A stretch of DNA of 64,000 nt, taken from assembly GCF_009914755.1 (NCBI RefSeq), contig NC_060934.1, one strand, 5' to 3'. Position 1 is the first letter of the stretch; the number at the start of each line of letters is the position of its first letter. Positions 27,430 to 41,482 of the stretch are shown one piece after another. A program made the translations under genes and the position numbers. The notes beneath the pieces are model-generated. The model was given only the letters and a program-made list of their open reading frames with translations, had not been told where the DNA came from and searched no databases. Source of the DNA: the human T2T-CHM13v2.0 reference genome, Homo sapiens.

Positions 27430-27741
27430 TGGAGCACAGGGGCTCACACTTGGAATCCCAGCACGTTGGGAGGCTGAGGTAGGAGAATTTCCTGAGCCCA
27501 GGAGTTTGAGACCAGCCTGGGCAACATGATGAGACCTTAACTCTACAAAAATTTTGAAAACTAGCTGAGCACGGTGGTGCAACCCTGTGGTCCCAAGCTA
27601 CTTGGGAGGCTGAGATGGGAGGATCACTTAAGCCCAGGAGGTCAAGGCTGCAGTGACCTATGTTCATACCACTGCACTCCAGCCTGGGCGACAGAGTGAG
27701 ACCAACTCAAAAAACAAACAAACAAACAAACAAACAAACAA
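27430..27741 (+). mobile_element. AluJ with (AAAC)n tail
   Basis: J-type features, inverted relative to its neighbours. Confidence 0.85.
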
Positions 27742-27914
27742 ACTTTCTCTCTCGAGTCCAGTGATTCTCCCTCAACGCTCAAGACTCCAGCATGAACTGT
27801 TAGGCATTGGGTTTTTCTGTGTTTACAGCAGACCATGGTAAAAAGAAGTCCCAAGTCACAGCCAGAACGCCAAAGTAAGATCTGTTGAGTGCTAGGCTCA
27901 TGGACTGAGCCTAA

Positions 27915-28788
<874 letters not shown>

Positions 28789-29151
28789 AATTCTAATTCT
28801 GTGTAAAATGAGTGAAACACAGCTAAACTAGAACTAGTCCTTGCTAGCATGTTAATATAGATTTTGCTCAAACATCTGCCATCCCCATCCTGTTGCAGAG
28901 ATGACCAACAACCCTGGGTCCACAGCATGTTCCAAATCTCTCAAGTAGTACTAAATCTATTACTTCTAGTACCCCAGCCTTTTTCCCCCTCCTGGTGGCA
29001 AAATTCAAGTATCTCACACGCACCCTAAATGTCTCTTCCTCTATGCAGGGAACTTTTGGTTGCCTCCCCAAATAAACGGCACTGTTCAAACTCAGAGCTC
29101 AGAACAAACCAATGAAAAAAAAAAAAGGAAATAGCGTATTTGTTTTAACTT

Positions 29152-29157
29152 TTTATT
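29152..29157 (-). terminator. SAR1A: SAR1A major poly(A) signal candidate
   Basis: AATAAA at the end of a ~2.3-kb TE-poor 3'UTR, with a U-rich downstream element at 29126-29115. Confidence 0.7.
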
Positions 29158-30193
29158 AAAATGCTTAGGATACAGATTGACTTTCTTTCGTAAATGACTG
29201 TTTTACTTTTCCTGAAGTAGGACATATATGCACTCTGATAAAACAGAATGAGAAGTCATAATTCATGGGAATTCCTATACAAGGTGCTGATCCTGTGTTT
29301 GGAGCTGAGCTCCTCACAGCAGCTTCTTTCAGCTATCTTATAGGAATAGTGTTCCGTGGGGCAAGAAATACATTGGTTCTAACTGATTTTCAATCCCCTT
29401 TCTCCAGTGGAATAAACCACTTTCACAAAGAGCTGCCCTATGTATAACCCACAGATTTCTAGCTTGCAACAAAGTGACAAGGGACAAATAGGGGAAAAAA
29501 AAAATTAAGAAAACTAACACTGAAGTAATCATACTTCTCATGTCTCCGAACAGAGAAGTATGGGGGACCTTTAACCAAAGGAAATTAAAAATATGCAAGT
29601 TATATTACCTAGTTCATTCACTGTTAGCTAGATTTGTTCACTTAAGGCTTTAACCCCTTTCCAAACCAACAACTTTGTCTTAATCCAGCTATGTTTGCTA
29701 ATAAACGAAATGCATGCACTTCCCACATATATACTTCACTGAGCCTCTGCATTCAGTACCTGGCAGTGAAAAAGTATGCTTTCCCCACAAGTCAGTACTG
29801 GAGAATAAGAATGAGAACTCCAACTAAAGAACAATGCCTCCCTCACCCCAGTAATGTTATCCACATTTTCCCTACCCTCACATTAGAATAAAGACATCCT
29901 CCCAACTTTTCATCTCCTATCTCCAATCTGTTCATAGGAGATATATCTTTTGATCTTTTATTATAAGGGTAGAATATAGATTAAGATCATCAAAATCCAA
30001 TTTCACATGTGGCACTAGGAAAATGGAATGCTATAAAATTAATCCCCATCACCCAAGTAGGGATGCTGGTGCTTTTATACTGAGTCTTTACTGCCAATAA
30101 GTGATGCTGCCTCCAAAGGAACAGCTCTACAGAAAGTTTTTGGGTTAGTGTTTCCCTAGCTTATTTCTGCAATGGAGAAAGACAATTTCATAC

Positions 30194-30194
<1 letters not shown>

Positions 30195-30235
<41 letters not shown>
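30195..30235 (-). repeat. U41 tract in the SAR1A 3'UTR
   Basis: 41 consecutive A on the plus strand with no adjacent Alu body. Confidence 0.9.
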
Positions 30236-30239
<4 letters not shown>

Positions 30240-31426
30240 GAAAAGCTACAGATGTTAACCTTTACTTTAAACACCAATAAAATAGGTGTCAAAGGAGAAA
30301 AAATGTAAAAAAAAGAGCTCCCAAACAGCCTGAGAGACCAAATTCTGCAAATGGAAATTTTAAAGCCCACTGAATACATTTTTCATGGATCCAAACAAAT
30401 GCTACAATACTTTTAAGTCCTCAACTCACAGAATTAAGAGCCCTTAAGCTGTTAACTTTGTCCTGTCTTCCTATTCAGAAAAATGTCCCCCTAGAATCTG
30501 TGCAAAAGTAACTGATGCACCTGCAGTATGTGACACGAGAGATGTTCTCAACTCTTTTATGAGGTCAAAGTCACTTTTGATAACTGAAAACGAAAAAGGA
30601 AGGTGCTATAGAGAGAAATTAAATTTCACAAAAGTATAAAAGCAAAGACTGGCTAAAATCTGTAACTTCATGAGTAAGAATAACAACAATAACCCATTCT
30701 ATAATTAACTCCTCCACAGTGAACAATCTGCTACACATTCCTTGATGAGGAATGAACCTAGCTTACCACAGTGGAAACCTGCCACAACTGCAAGGCCGGG
30801 GTTCTGCCCCTTTTCTAGTTCTCTGTGCACAAGGTTATGCCACCTACTCCAAGGCAGTCAGAGAGACAGGTGAGCTCAGGGGAGCTTCTCTCACCAACCT
30901 GCTAACTCAGCAGGAGTAAGTTTACCCAAATGAGCTCTGGCCTCCATATCTGTTCATAATTTTATGAAGTATCTAAATGTCATTCATTAGTTTAAAAAAA
31001 AAAAAGAATAGAAAACTCTGGACCAAGTAAATTGTGAACTCAAAAAGTTAGGAGGGATACCAATTACATTAACAACGCTTTCTTTAAAAAATAGAATCAC
31101 TTTCTTTTGAATCAACCACAGTGGTGAGACGTGTTTTTCTTTTCAGGTGCCCCATGATGGCATACAGCTTTACCCGGCAAATCCTGCCAGCTTCCAAGTC
31201 CCAGGATACTGACCTGCACCAGCACGTGGGGCAGCATTACCTCCCAACAGTGTGGAGAAGAGCACATGTCACCACTGGGCAATGAGAGAGTTGACAGAGA
31301 CTCTTGGCTTCTCAACGCCAGACATGGTTGGAGAGCTTTCCTTGTTCTATTAGAAAAGTTCATGAGGAAGCTGTGAATAGGATCAGTCCAGAGAAGTAAA
31401 ACTCTTTTATTTTCACCGTCCAAACA

Positions 31427-31543
31427 TCAGTCAATATACTGGGAGAGCCAGCGGAAACCCTCGCCGTAACCTTGCCTCTTGAGCACACTGCACATGAACA
31501 CTTCCATGGGGCGAGCATTCAGCTCCTTCAGGGTCACATTCCC
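31427..31543 (-). CDS. SAR1A: SAR1A exon 7 (last coding)
   Basis: ctttag|GGG AAT... [38 protein letters not shown]. 117 nt. Total CDS 597 nt = 198 aa plus stop. Confidence 0.97.
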   Translation of the reverse strand, partial: GNVTLKELNARPMEVFMCSVLKRQGYGEGFRWLSQYID

Positions 31544-32788
31544 CTAAAGGAGGCAAAACCAAGAAAGGCCTGTTAGCATCTCTGTGGTGGAAAAGATTGA
31601 AAGGACGATCATTACAATCATTTTATCCATTCCTTAAAAGCAAACCTAAGTAGGTATTAATTACAGAAATGTGGTCAAGGCCATATAGATGACTTCCCCA
31701 GGCTTCGTGTTTTCAGGATAGAATAAGCAGCACAGTTCTATTCCCAGCCTTTCTCTCTCTGAAGAGCATTTGCTTTGAACACCCAATATTTATCTGTAAA
31801 GTTATGGCAGCAAACCAAGAAAAAAGCCACTGGGACTTATGGAACCAGCATGCCCTCTAATGCAGAAAAGAGGTCTGGGACTGTTTAAAAATAAGGACAT
31901 TCTCATTAACAAAAGCATGCAGAAATAAACACTCATAACAGGTGGCACTGAAGAAATGAAGAATTCATGTGTATTTAATACTGATGCAAAAGAGGAGAAA
32001 TTAAATGAAAGAAAGGAAGTATTTCTATAAAGAAACCGATAATCAAGAAGAGGTGAGACTAAGGAACCATGTAAAAAAGTCAGAAAGTTATCACAGAAAA
32101 GGAAGATATTTAAAAACTAAATATGCCAAAACCCCAAGCTAAAAAGAACAGTAAGATTCCTGCTTAACTTTATCTGATCTAGATTTTCTCTCTCTCAAGC
32201 CTGCTTTTCTACAAGAGTCCTCCTTCCAATTGAAGACAGTAAAAACTATTGATTTGGAAGACTCAAGTTCTTTTTCTGGTTTTATCACTGACTTGCTGTG
32301 TAGACCTGAACAAATCACTCTCTGTTTCTTCCTCTGCAAAATGCGGCCAACAGTCCTACCTCTCTCAGCAAGAAGCAATGAGGATAATCAAGTGCTTTGA
32401 TTTCAATGCTTGGAAAGTGATTGAAATGATTATTTTTCTTCATAACCTGCAAACTCCAGTCCAAAAAAAAAATTATTTTCTGGCTAAAAAGGGCTATTTC
32501 AAAAGCAATTTCTCAGAATCAAATTTGAAAGATAATCATAAACTCTTAGAAGAGTAAATCTGCCTTTTCTACCATTTCCTTCTTCCTCAAATACCTGATG
32601 AATGAATCCCATTTAAAACGTTAAAAAGAACACACTCCTGCCTCTAGTGAGCTTACAAAATACTCACAGTAAAACTAATCCTAAGCCTGTTTAAGCCTTT
32701 AAAAGAAAAGGGTAATCTAGATAGCGAAACATCATGTTTTAAAAACTGTTAATGTCCTTTATATGTAACCCAAATATTTTTCTCTTAC

Positions 32789-32920
32789 CTTTCCTGTGGT
32801 CTGTCCATAAAGCCCAAATATCTCACGGAGTTTTTCTTCACTGATTGCATCTGTTCTGTCAATTTTGTTACCCAAGATAAGGATTGGCACATTGGATATT
32901 GTTTCATCAGTCATTAAAGC
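32789..32920 (-). CDS. SAR1A: SAR1A exon 6 (G4 box NKID)
   Basis: ctttag|GCT...AAG|gtaaga. 132 nt, [44 protein letters not shown]. Confidence 0.97.
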
Positions 32921-33999
32921 CTAAAGATTGAAAAAAAAGAAAAAAAGAAAAAAAAGAATTAAGTGAGGAATCTACAAAAGCCCACCAGATAATGAAAATT
33001 CTGACTTCCACTAATCTTTTAAGGCATTAATGTAAAGTGAAAATCTGATCAACTTTATACCTGAGTGATTAAAGATTCACCTTGACATTACATAACACCC
33101 ATGACATTAAGTAAAAATCTCCTAAGTGCCTCGAAACAGTTGCAACTTTATTCTATTTATTTACAAGGCAGCAGAACTGCCCCAATATTAACTTTTGAGC
33201 TAATCTGCTCAGCCACAAACTATCCTCAGGATGTCCCTCAGCAAAGTCCTATAAGAATGAATGCTCTGGCTACAGAGCCTCAAAGATGACTACAGGAATT
33301 CCCCAAGTATTCACCAAGTCCCATTGTGTGCGAAGAACTCTCTCAGGCATTGAGAGGAATAAAGTAGGAAGGGTAACTATCTCAGGCACTGAGGATACAA
33401 AAGGAAGCACATTCCTGTCCTCAAAAAAATCCTCACTCTATGTTCACATTATGTTTTTTTTTTTTTTCTTAATCTCAGCTCACTGCAACCTGTGACTTCC
33501 AGGTTCAAGCGATTCTCCCACCTCAGCCTCCTGAGTAGCTGGGACTACAGGCATGTGCTACCACGCCTGGCTAATTTTTGTATTTTTTTAGTAGAGATGG
33601 AGTTTTACCATGTTGGCCAGGCTGGTCTCAAACTCCTGCCCCTCAAGTAATCTGCCAACCTCAGCATCCCAAAATGCTGGAATTACAGGCATGAGCCACC
33701 ATGCCCAGCCACATTTATGTTAACAAAGCCAAGTAAGAACACAATATAGTGGATAAGTGTCACAATGAATGGGAACTGAATATTAACATTAAGACAAGTT
33801 CAGGGAAATAAAATGGCAATTTTGGGCTTGAGCAAAGTCTTAGAAAAGATCTGGAACCTAAACAGGGCTCTAAAGGAAGGGCAGGGTTTGGATAGGTGTA
33901 AAGGAGAAGTAAGAACATAAACAACGGCTTTGCATTAGGACAATAATTCAGGAAGCCACACAGTACTGCATGGCTGGATTCAAGCATTTAGATAGACAT

Positions 34000-35330
34000 G
34001 CAGCGACAAAGTAAATGGATGAGAAGAGATGACTCACATTAGGGGCCAGTGTGAGAAGTGAGCTGCAATATATCCTAAAAGACCACAAATCCAGAAGTTA
34101 GTGAATAAAATCTTATTTTTCAGTATAATGAATTCACAAATAGTATCTATCTGTGGTGTTCATGTAAGAGATCATGATCTAGCTTAAGGTAGAGCATTCA
34201 ATGAATACTGCAGGAGGCATTTTGAAGAAAGAATTGAAGAGACCAATGTCTAAATGATTAAAAAAAAAATTTAAAAAAGACAAATGAGTCAAAACTGCCA
34301 CTGATTTCAAGCCTGGGAATCTAGTTGTCACCAATAGGAAAGCTAGCGGGGAAAGCAGAGTTAAAGAGATAAAGAGGAATGTACTTTGACCATCTGGAAT
34401 TCCAGGAAATGTTACACAAAATTAGAATAAGAATGTCCTTCATTCATTAAGCAACAACAAAGTACCTAATGTGTCTAATGCTTTGCTAGGTGCAGGGGTT
34501 TTGCAAAGAAATAAGACACAGTCCCTATCATGTTAGTTCATAGTCTGATGAGAGAGAACTATAAAAAAATCAATAAAGACAACAGACATTGGTAAGGTGG
34601 GAGTCTAACACAGTCTCAGAGGTCAAGGGAGGCTTACCAGAAGCAGTCATATCTGAACTCTGAGGTCTCTTATAGAACATTTTAAAATTTGCCGACAAAG
34701 TGAGGGGTTGAGGAGAGGTACAGGTGAAAAAGCCAGGCAGTAGCTACTTGTGCATATTCAAGGATGGCTAAGTTGTTTGTTTGGAATATAGTTCAAGGTA
34801 GGCAGTAAAAAGAAACAGAGGGAGGATCATGAATGATCCTATGTGCTATGCAAAAGATTTATAGATTTTATCCTGAAAATGATAGAGAACTATCAAAGGA
34901 TATTAAGTAGGGCAATTAAGTCTGAGAAAGTTCCTTCTAGCATTATGGTGCATATCAGGGTCATGGTAGGATTTATATTAATTCACAGATTTGTGGACTG
35001 CATGTCCAGGTAGGTGGTGGGTGGGAAAGACAAATAGTTCCATTCTAGGAAAACAGAATCAGTAGTAGGAGTTGTCGAGAGTAGGCAGGATTAGGTATGA
35101 GATTAGAGCTCAGGAGAGGTCTAGAGGAGAGAAATGCATTTGAGAGTCACTGACATGTAGGTGCCAAATGAAGGGAGTAGATGGGACCAGCCTAGGAGAA
35201 AGTACTCTGGAGAACACCAACATTTAAGGACTAACCAGAAGAACTAGTGCTTCTCAAAGAGACAGAAGTATCAGCCAGAGAGGTAGCTCCAAAATCAAGA
35301 GTGAAAAGAGGAGTTTAAACAAAGAGAATG
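34000..35330. mobile_element. L2 fragments in SAR1A intron 5
   Basis: Degenerate purine-rich L2-like text, e.g. 'cattcattaagcaac...tgctaggtgc', 'gagctcaggagaggtctag'. Bounds approximate. Confidence 0.55.
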
Positions 35331-36165
35331 GAGACCATGCATGGTGGCTCATGCCTGTAATCCCAGCACCTCATGAGGCCGAGGCAGAGGATCACCTGAA
35401 GCCAGGAGACTGAGACAAGCCTGGGCAACATAATGAGACCCTGTCTCTACAAAAACACTTTTTTAAAAAAAATTAGCTGGGTGTGGTGGTGTATGCCTGT
35501 AGTCCTAGCTACTTGGGAGGCTGAGGCAGGAATATCGCTTGAGCCCAGAAGTCTGGAGGTTACAGTGAGCCGTGATTGCACCATTGGACTCCAGCCTGGG
35601 CCACAGAGGAAGATTCTGTTTAAAAAAAAAAAAAAAAGCAAGGTAAAGACTGCGTGGCAGGCAATTCTACATGAGGCTGGAGCTATAGATGTGAGAAACA
35701 TACTTAGAAATAAATTCAAGACAGGTTCAAGTTGCCAGAAACAAGAATGCAAGGAGTTATAAATCAAAGAGAAAGAAGAGATATAGGGTAAAGGAGTAGG
35801 GATAACAAAGCCAATAGTATAGAAACCATCAAGCCATGAGAAAATGCAATGTTGACAAAGGAGAAAACTTGAAGTGAGTCCTTAATAGTATCAAAGGATG
35901 TATGCAACCAAAACTGAAGACTGAGAACAGACCATGAAGGTCTGGCAAGTCATTCAGTGGGAGGGTGGGTAGGCACAAGCTGAGAATGCAGATTCAAAAA
36001 TGTAAAGAACTCTAATATCGCTTTTAGGCTTTCACTATGCCAACACTACTTATAAAGAATTACTGTTCATGGGCCAGGCGCGGTGGCTCATGCCTGTAAT
36101 CCCAGCACTTTGGGAGGCCAAGGCGGGTGGATCATGAGGTCAGGAGATCAAGACCAACCTGACTA

Positions 36166-36348
<183 letters not shown>

Positions 36349-36700
36349 TCAAAAAAAAAAAAAAAACAGAATTACTGTTCATGACACGTGAAACAGAATA
36401 CTATTAATTATGCTGGGACAACAGGCATAAATGAGGAGTATCCTGAGCAAACTTGGCCATATAATCACTGTATGATAGAAACAACAGTTAATTTATTTAA
36501 GTTTGAGCTGAGTTTCCTCAGGACATTGAAAAGCAATGTCTTAGATTTAAAACATTTTCCTCCTGCAACTAGGTCTTTTTGCCAAATGTTAACTGGAATG
36601 ACTAATTATTGGCACTACTGAGCTATATTCCTTAAAAAAAAATAGAGGCCAAAAAAGAACAAAATATACATTAAAATACACATTAAAGGACAAAACATAC

Positions 36701-36804
36701 ATTAAGCTCAACTTTGGATTCCACGAGGCGAGAATGATCTGCACAGTCCACCAGAAAGACAATCCCATTAATTGCTGGGAGATAATTTTTCCAAACGCGA
36801 CGTG
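36701..36804 (-). CDS. SAR1A: SAR1A exon 5
   Basis: ttttag|CA CGT...AAT|gtatgt. 104 nt, (A)[34 protein letters not shown]. Confidence 0.97.
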
Positions 36805-38299
36805 CTAAAAAACAAAGTTTGTAGTTGCATGAGTAAAAAATATACATTGTGAAAATGAATAACCTAATGGTCTATAAAATGGACAAATCTTGGTCGGGTT
36901 TCAGTAAGATTAGACTCTATGGATTTCTCCAAGTTCTGGCCAGTATTAATTCAGAACAGAGGATGCAAACTGATGGTCCATGAGCTGAACCTGATTTTTG
37001 TAAATTTGAAAATCAGAGTTTCCGCTTTTTTTGAAAAACTGCAACATCTGGCAATCCCATGCCTACTTATCCACGTGACAATTATCAGCAGGAACTAAGC
37101 AGTGGCTGCCCCTTCAGATGATGTCTGAACACTTTTGCTTGACAAAATTTCCCTGCTGTCTTACAGTCAGCCAATTTTACTCACTTAAATGACTTGCCTT
37201 GCCCCTGGGGCCAAGTCTAGTTTGCAACCTCTGAGTTAAAACATCAGGATACAAATTACTTGTCCATGTAACTTTAGTCCCAGTTAGTTTCTAGCCAACT
37301 TGTGTGTAGGCGTCTTGACACATTCCTCTGCTCAGCCCTTAGGGAGACTAGGCCTGACAAGTGGTTCAAGGCCCCAGGCCAGTTATCTCAACCTACCATA
37401 TTTAACCCAGCATGCCTTATAAATATTACTTGGTTTTTTGCTTGTGACATGAAACGATAAAGGCTGGGAAGCAGTGATTTAATTGTACTATCATTTCTAA
37501 GCCATTAATTTCTAGCCCTTGCAATAGAATGAATAACGAACCATCTCTACATCAGTTAATAATGGTTACCTTTAAAGAGTGGAGCTAGGAAAAAGAGGTT
37601 GAAGGAACTTTCCATTTTACTTTCCGTAGTTCTATACTGATTTTGTTACATCGAACTTGCTCTCCTTTTATAAGTTAAAATTTTTAAGTTATACAAAAAA
37701 AAAAAAAGGAAACCTCCAGATGTACAGTACTTTAGTAACTTTTATAAAATGGTGGCTAGGTTATTATGTAAAAGTGTTTTTGTTAAGTAGATTTTCCTCA
37801 GTCAAATAAACAAAACTAATTACATCAATACATTTCCCTTCTTACTTTTAACAAAACCTGAAACCTAAATTTATCACACCAAACAATCTACAATTCCCAG
37901 TTCAGGTATATAAAACCATCTGGCGTCTGGTCCTTCTACATTCTCCAGATGGTCTAGGTTCAGTCTTATCTTGCTCTGAATTTAAATTTGTAAGCAGTTA
38001 CAAATCCTTTTGTGGAAGCAGCAGAAAGGACACCATATACCCATTCTTACCCAAATGAAAAAAATACAAGCTCCTTACAGAAAAAAAGGAAACAAAATCA
38101 TTTCTAATCCCTCTATCAAAACACACCCCTTGTCAATATTTTGATATTTTCTTCCAGCCTCTTTTCTTTACTGGTATTTTATGTGATTATGATCATAATA
38201 TACATGATTTTTCAGGGCATAAATATTAAATAAATTAATTAAAATGTAATTATATGTTAATGAAATCACTGACTATAAAATTATTAGGCTTAACAACTA

Positions 38300-38464
<165 letters not shown>

Positions 38465-39235
38465 CTACAAAAAACAGGTGGGAGGATTGCTTGAGCCCAG
38501 GAAGTAGAGGTTGCAGTATGCCAAAATTGTGCCACTGCACTCCAGCCTGGGCAACAGAGCAAGACCCCATCTCAAAAAAAAGAAAAAAACGGTATTAGCT
38601 CAACCTAATGTTTCAAAACAAGACTTCTCCACTCAGTGTAATAACAAGTAAGTAAATCTGACAGAATCTCAATAGTTCCTTTTCCCTACTTTCCCAGAAT
38701 ATTTATTCTCACATCTTAAATGTTTTACTCCTATACCTACGGTCTTGTCAAATGTGAACTGAGTGCCCATCAGACAAAGATGACACTCTGTATGTCTCTA
38801 AACACCTGATAGGAATCTGGAAACCAAAGACATAGCCTGAGTAGGCAAAAAGCACTTCTGAGGAAAGCAAAAAGGTAGAAGGAAATGTTCCACCAACTGT
38901 CTGAAATGGATAGAATATACAAAATATCAACTTGTATCAGAGTAATCACACATAGTCACTGTATTACTTTTGCAACTTTTGACAAGTCTGAAATTACTTA
39001 TAAATATTTAATTTCCTACATACTTTCACTCCATTGAATAAAGGATGCAAAAATGACTTCATAACTAGATATATGATACCGTATACCTGGTCAAGATGAA
39101 AAAAATGGTATAAAAGAGATTATCAGGACAACTGACCAAAAAAAAAAGGAAATACAGAGTGGATAAAAATAAAACTTCCTGGATTTGATAACTATTATGA
39201 TTATATACAAGGAAATATCTTTGTTCTTAGAAAAT

Positions 39236-39413
39236 GGCACTAAAGTATTAAAGAGTAAAGGGGCATGATATGCTCACCAACACTTCATTAAAAACAAGCA
39301 TTAATATGTATTATATAAAGAAGAGGCACTAAAGTATTAAAGAGTAAAGGGGCATGATATGCTCACAAACAGTTCATAAAAAATAAGCATTAATATGCAT
39401 TATGTAGGGAGGA
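39236..39413. repeat. 89-bp tandem duplication (2 copies)
   Basis: ggcactaaagtattaaagagtaaaggggcatgatatgctcac starts at both 39236 and 39325. Confidence 0.85.
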
Positions 39414-39940
39414 GGAGACTAACAAATTTGAGCAAAAGGTATAGAAGAAAATATACTGGCTTAGGGCAAGCCTAGTTAAAATGATGAAATAATTACTCTT
39501 GTTGAAGCAATACATATATCTTTTAACATATTTTCCAGTTACAAGGTAAATTACATTAATAAGTAAAAATGTAGTAAAGATTAAAATGGCAAGATGCTGT
39601 CCTGCTTTGTAAAAATTTTCAGTCAAGATTTGAGTTGAGTTTGGCTATATCAGGCAAATACTTAAAAGTTCATGAATAGTTATACATTATGGCTAACTTT
39701 ATCCCAGCTCAATAGGGTAATATTGAAGGGGACTTCTGTGTATTATTTAATGCAACTTTTGACAAGTTTGAAATTACTTAAAAAAATAAATGAATAAAAC
39801 AACTTCACTAAAGTAATAAGATCCTAATTCTAAAATGTAAGTAATTTAAAAGGTAAAAATGACACACTGCTTTTAAAAGGAGCTGGGAGGCACAAAAAAA
39901 ATAAGTCAATAAACATGCTTTCCACTGAGTCATCACTTAC

Positions 39941-40006
39941 CTTGCTCGTGCCCACCAAGATCAAAAGTTGTAAAGGTCATTCCAGCAATTGTTAGCTCTT
40001 CTGATG
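39941..40006 (-). CDS. SAR1A: SAR1A exon 4 (G3 box DLGGH)
   Basis: tttcag|CA TCA...CAA G|gtaagt. 66 nt, (T)[21 protein letters not shown]. Confidence 0.97.
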
Positions 40007-40555
40007 CTGAAAAATTGTTTAAAAAGAAGAAAAAAACTTGTCAACTCAACAACCCCCAACTACTAGTACTATAAGCCAATATCAATGCTTTCATCTTGTA
40101 AAGAAAAAGATACAAGAAGTTGAGTGTGGTGGTACCCGCCTGTAGTTCCAGCTACTCAGGAGGCTGAGGGCAGGAGGATAATCTGAGCCCAGGATTTTTG
40201 AGACCAGCCCAGGCAACGCCCCACTCCCAACAAAGAAAAGGAATACAAGGGTGAAATGTTCTTAAACTATTCTAAAAGCCAAAGGTTTCTTTTCTTCCAA
40301 GCTATTTTCCACTTCTTAGAAGTAGGTATAGGAGAGGTGTCCCTTTACAGGACCAGTGACAACAGATAATGACAAAGTTCCAGAGGTTTAGATCTGAAAG
40401 TACATAACCTGAGTGTGTCTTACAGGGAACTTTCTCGTATGAGTTGGCTTTTGGGACTTCAGTTAATAAAAGAACTCCACCAACTAGGGATTCATCCTCC
40501 ACGCCTAACACTGACCTTTAAAGATCAAAAGGTCACCTGATATTTTCAAACCTAC

Positions 40556-40675
40556 TCGGATGTAGTGTTGGAACATGTTGGCCCAATCTGTCATCTTTGA
40601 GCATGTGAAGAAGAGTGGTTTTGCCTGCATTATCCAAACCTAAGAATACAAGTTTTCCAGATTTCTTGTACAGTC
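40556..40675 (-). CDS. SAR1A: SAR1A exon 3 (P-loop GLDNAGKT)
   Basis: ttttag|GA CTG...CCG A|gtaggt. 120 nt. Confidence 0.97.
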
Positions 40676-40794
40676 CTAAAAGAGAAAAAAATTGTTAACA
40701 CATTTGCTCTCTACAGACCAAAGCCTATTTGTAGTTAAATTACTGAGGGAAAGGCACAAACTTTGAAACCTATATTTCAAGGAAATGGCTTTAC

Positions 40795-40852
40795 CTAGGA
40801 ACTGGAGCACACTGCTGAAGCCATTGTAGATCCACTCAAAGATGAAAGACAT
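40795..40852 (-). CDS. SAR1A: SAR1A exon 2 (start codon, amphipathic helix)
   Basis: Acceptor tacag| at 40869, 16 nt of UTR, ATG at 40852, MSFIFEWIYNGFSSVLQFL(G), donor G|gtaaag. 58 nt. Confidence 0.97.
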
Positions 40853-41279
40853 TATTAATGCTTACTACCTGTATAAAATATGAAAGTAGCAAACATTAGC
40901 TTTCTGAATGACAGTACAATTGTGGAGAGGTTAACTCTTGTTCCCTAGCCATGATGCACATTTATAGTCTCTTGTTTTCGGGAATAAGAAAGCAGGCCAG
41001 GCATGGTGGCTCACACCTGGAATCCCAGCATTTGGGAAAGCCAAGGCAGGCGGATCACTTGAGCCCAGGAGTTCACAACTGGCCTGGGCAAGAAAGCTGG
41101 ACTCAATCTCTACAAATAACTAAAAAAATAGCTGGACATAATGACACACACCAAGAGTCCCAGCTACTCAGGAGGGTGAGACAGAAGAATTACTTGAACC
41201 CAGGGGTTTGAGGCTGCAGTGAGGCATGACGGTGCCACTGCACTCACTTGGGCAACAGAGGGAGACTCTGATAAAAAAG

Positions 41280-41482
41280 ACAGGACAGGACAGGAGAAAG
41301 GAAAGGGAAGGGAAAGGGAAAGGGAAAGGGAAAAGGAAAGGGAAAGGGAAAGGGAAAGGGAAAGGAAAGGAAAGGAAAGGAAAAGAAAAGAAAAGAGAGG
41401 GGAGGGGAGGCGGGGCAGGGGAGGAGGGGGAGGGGAGGAGGGGAAGGGGAGGAGGGGATGGAAGGGGAGGGGAGGAAGCAAA
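41280..41482 (+). repeat. (GAAAGG)n and G-rich polypurine tract grown from an AluJ tail
   Basis: Nearly pure purine run with changing unit length. Confidence 0.9.
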
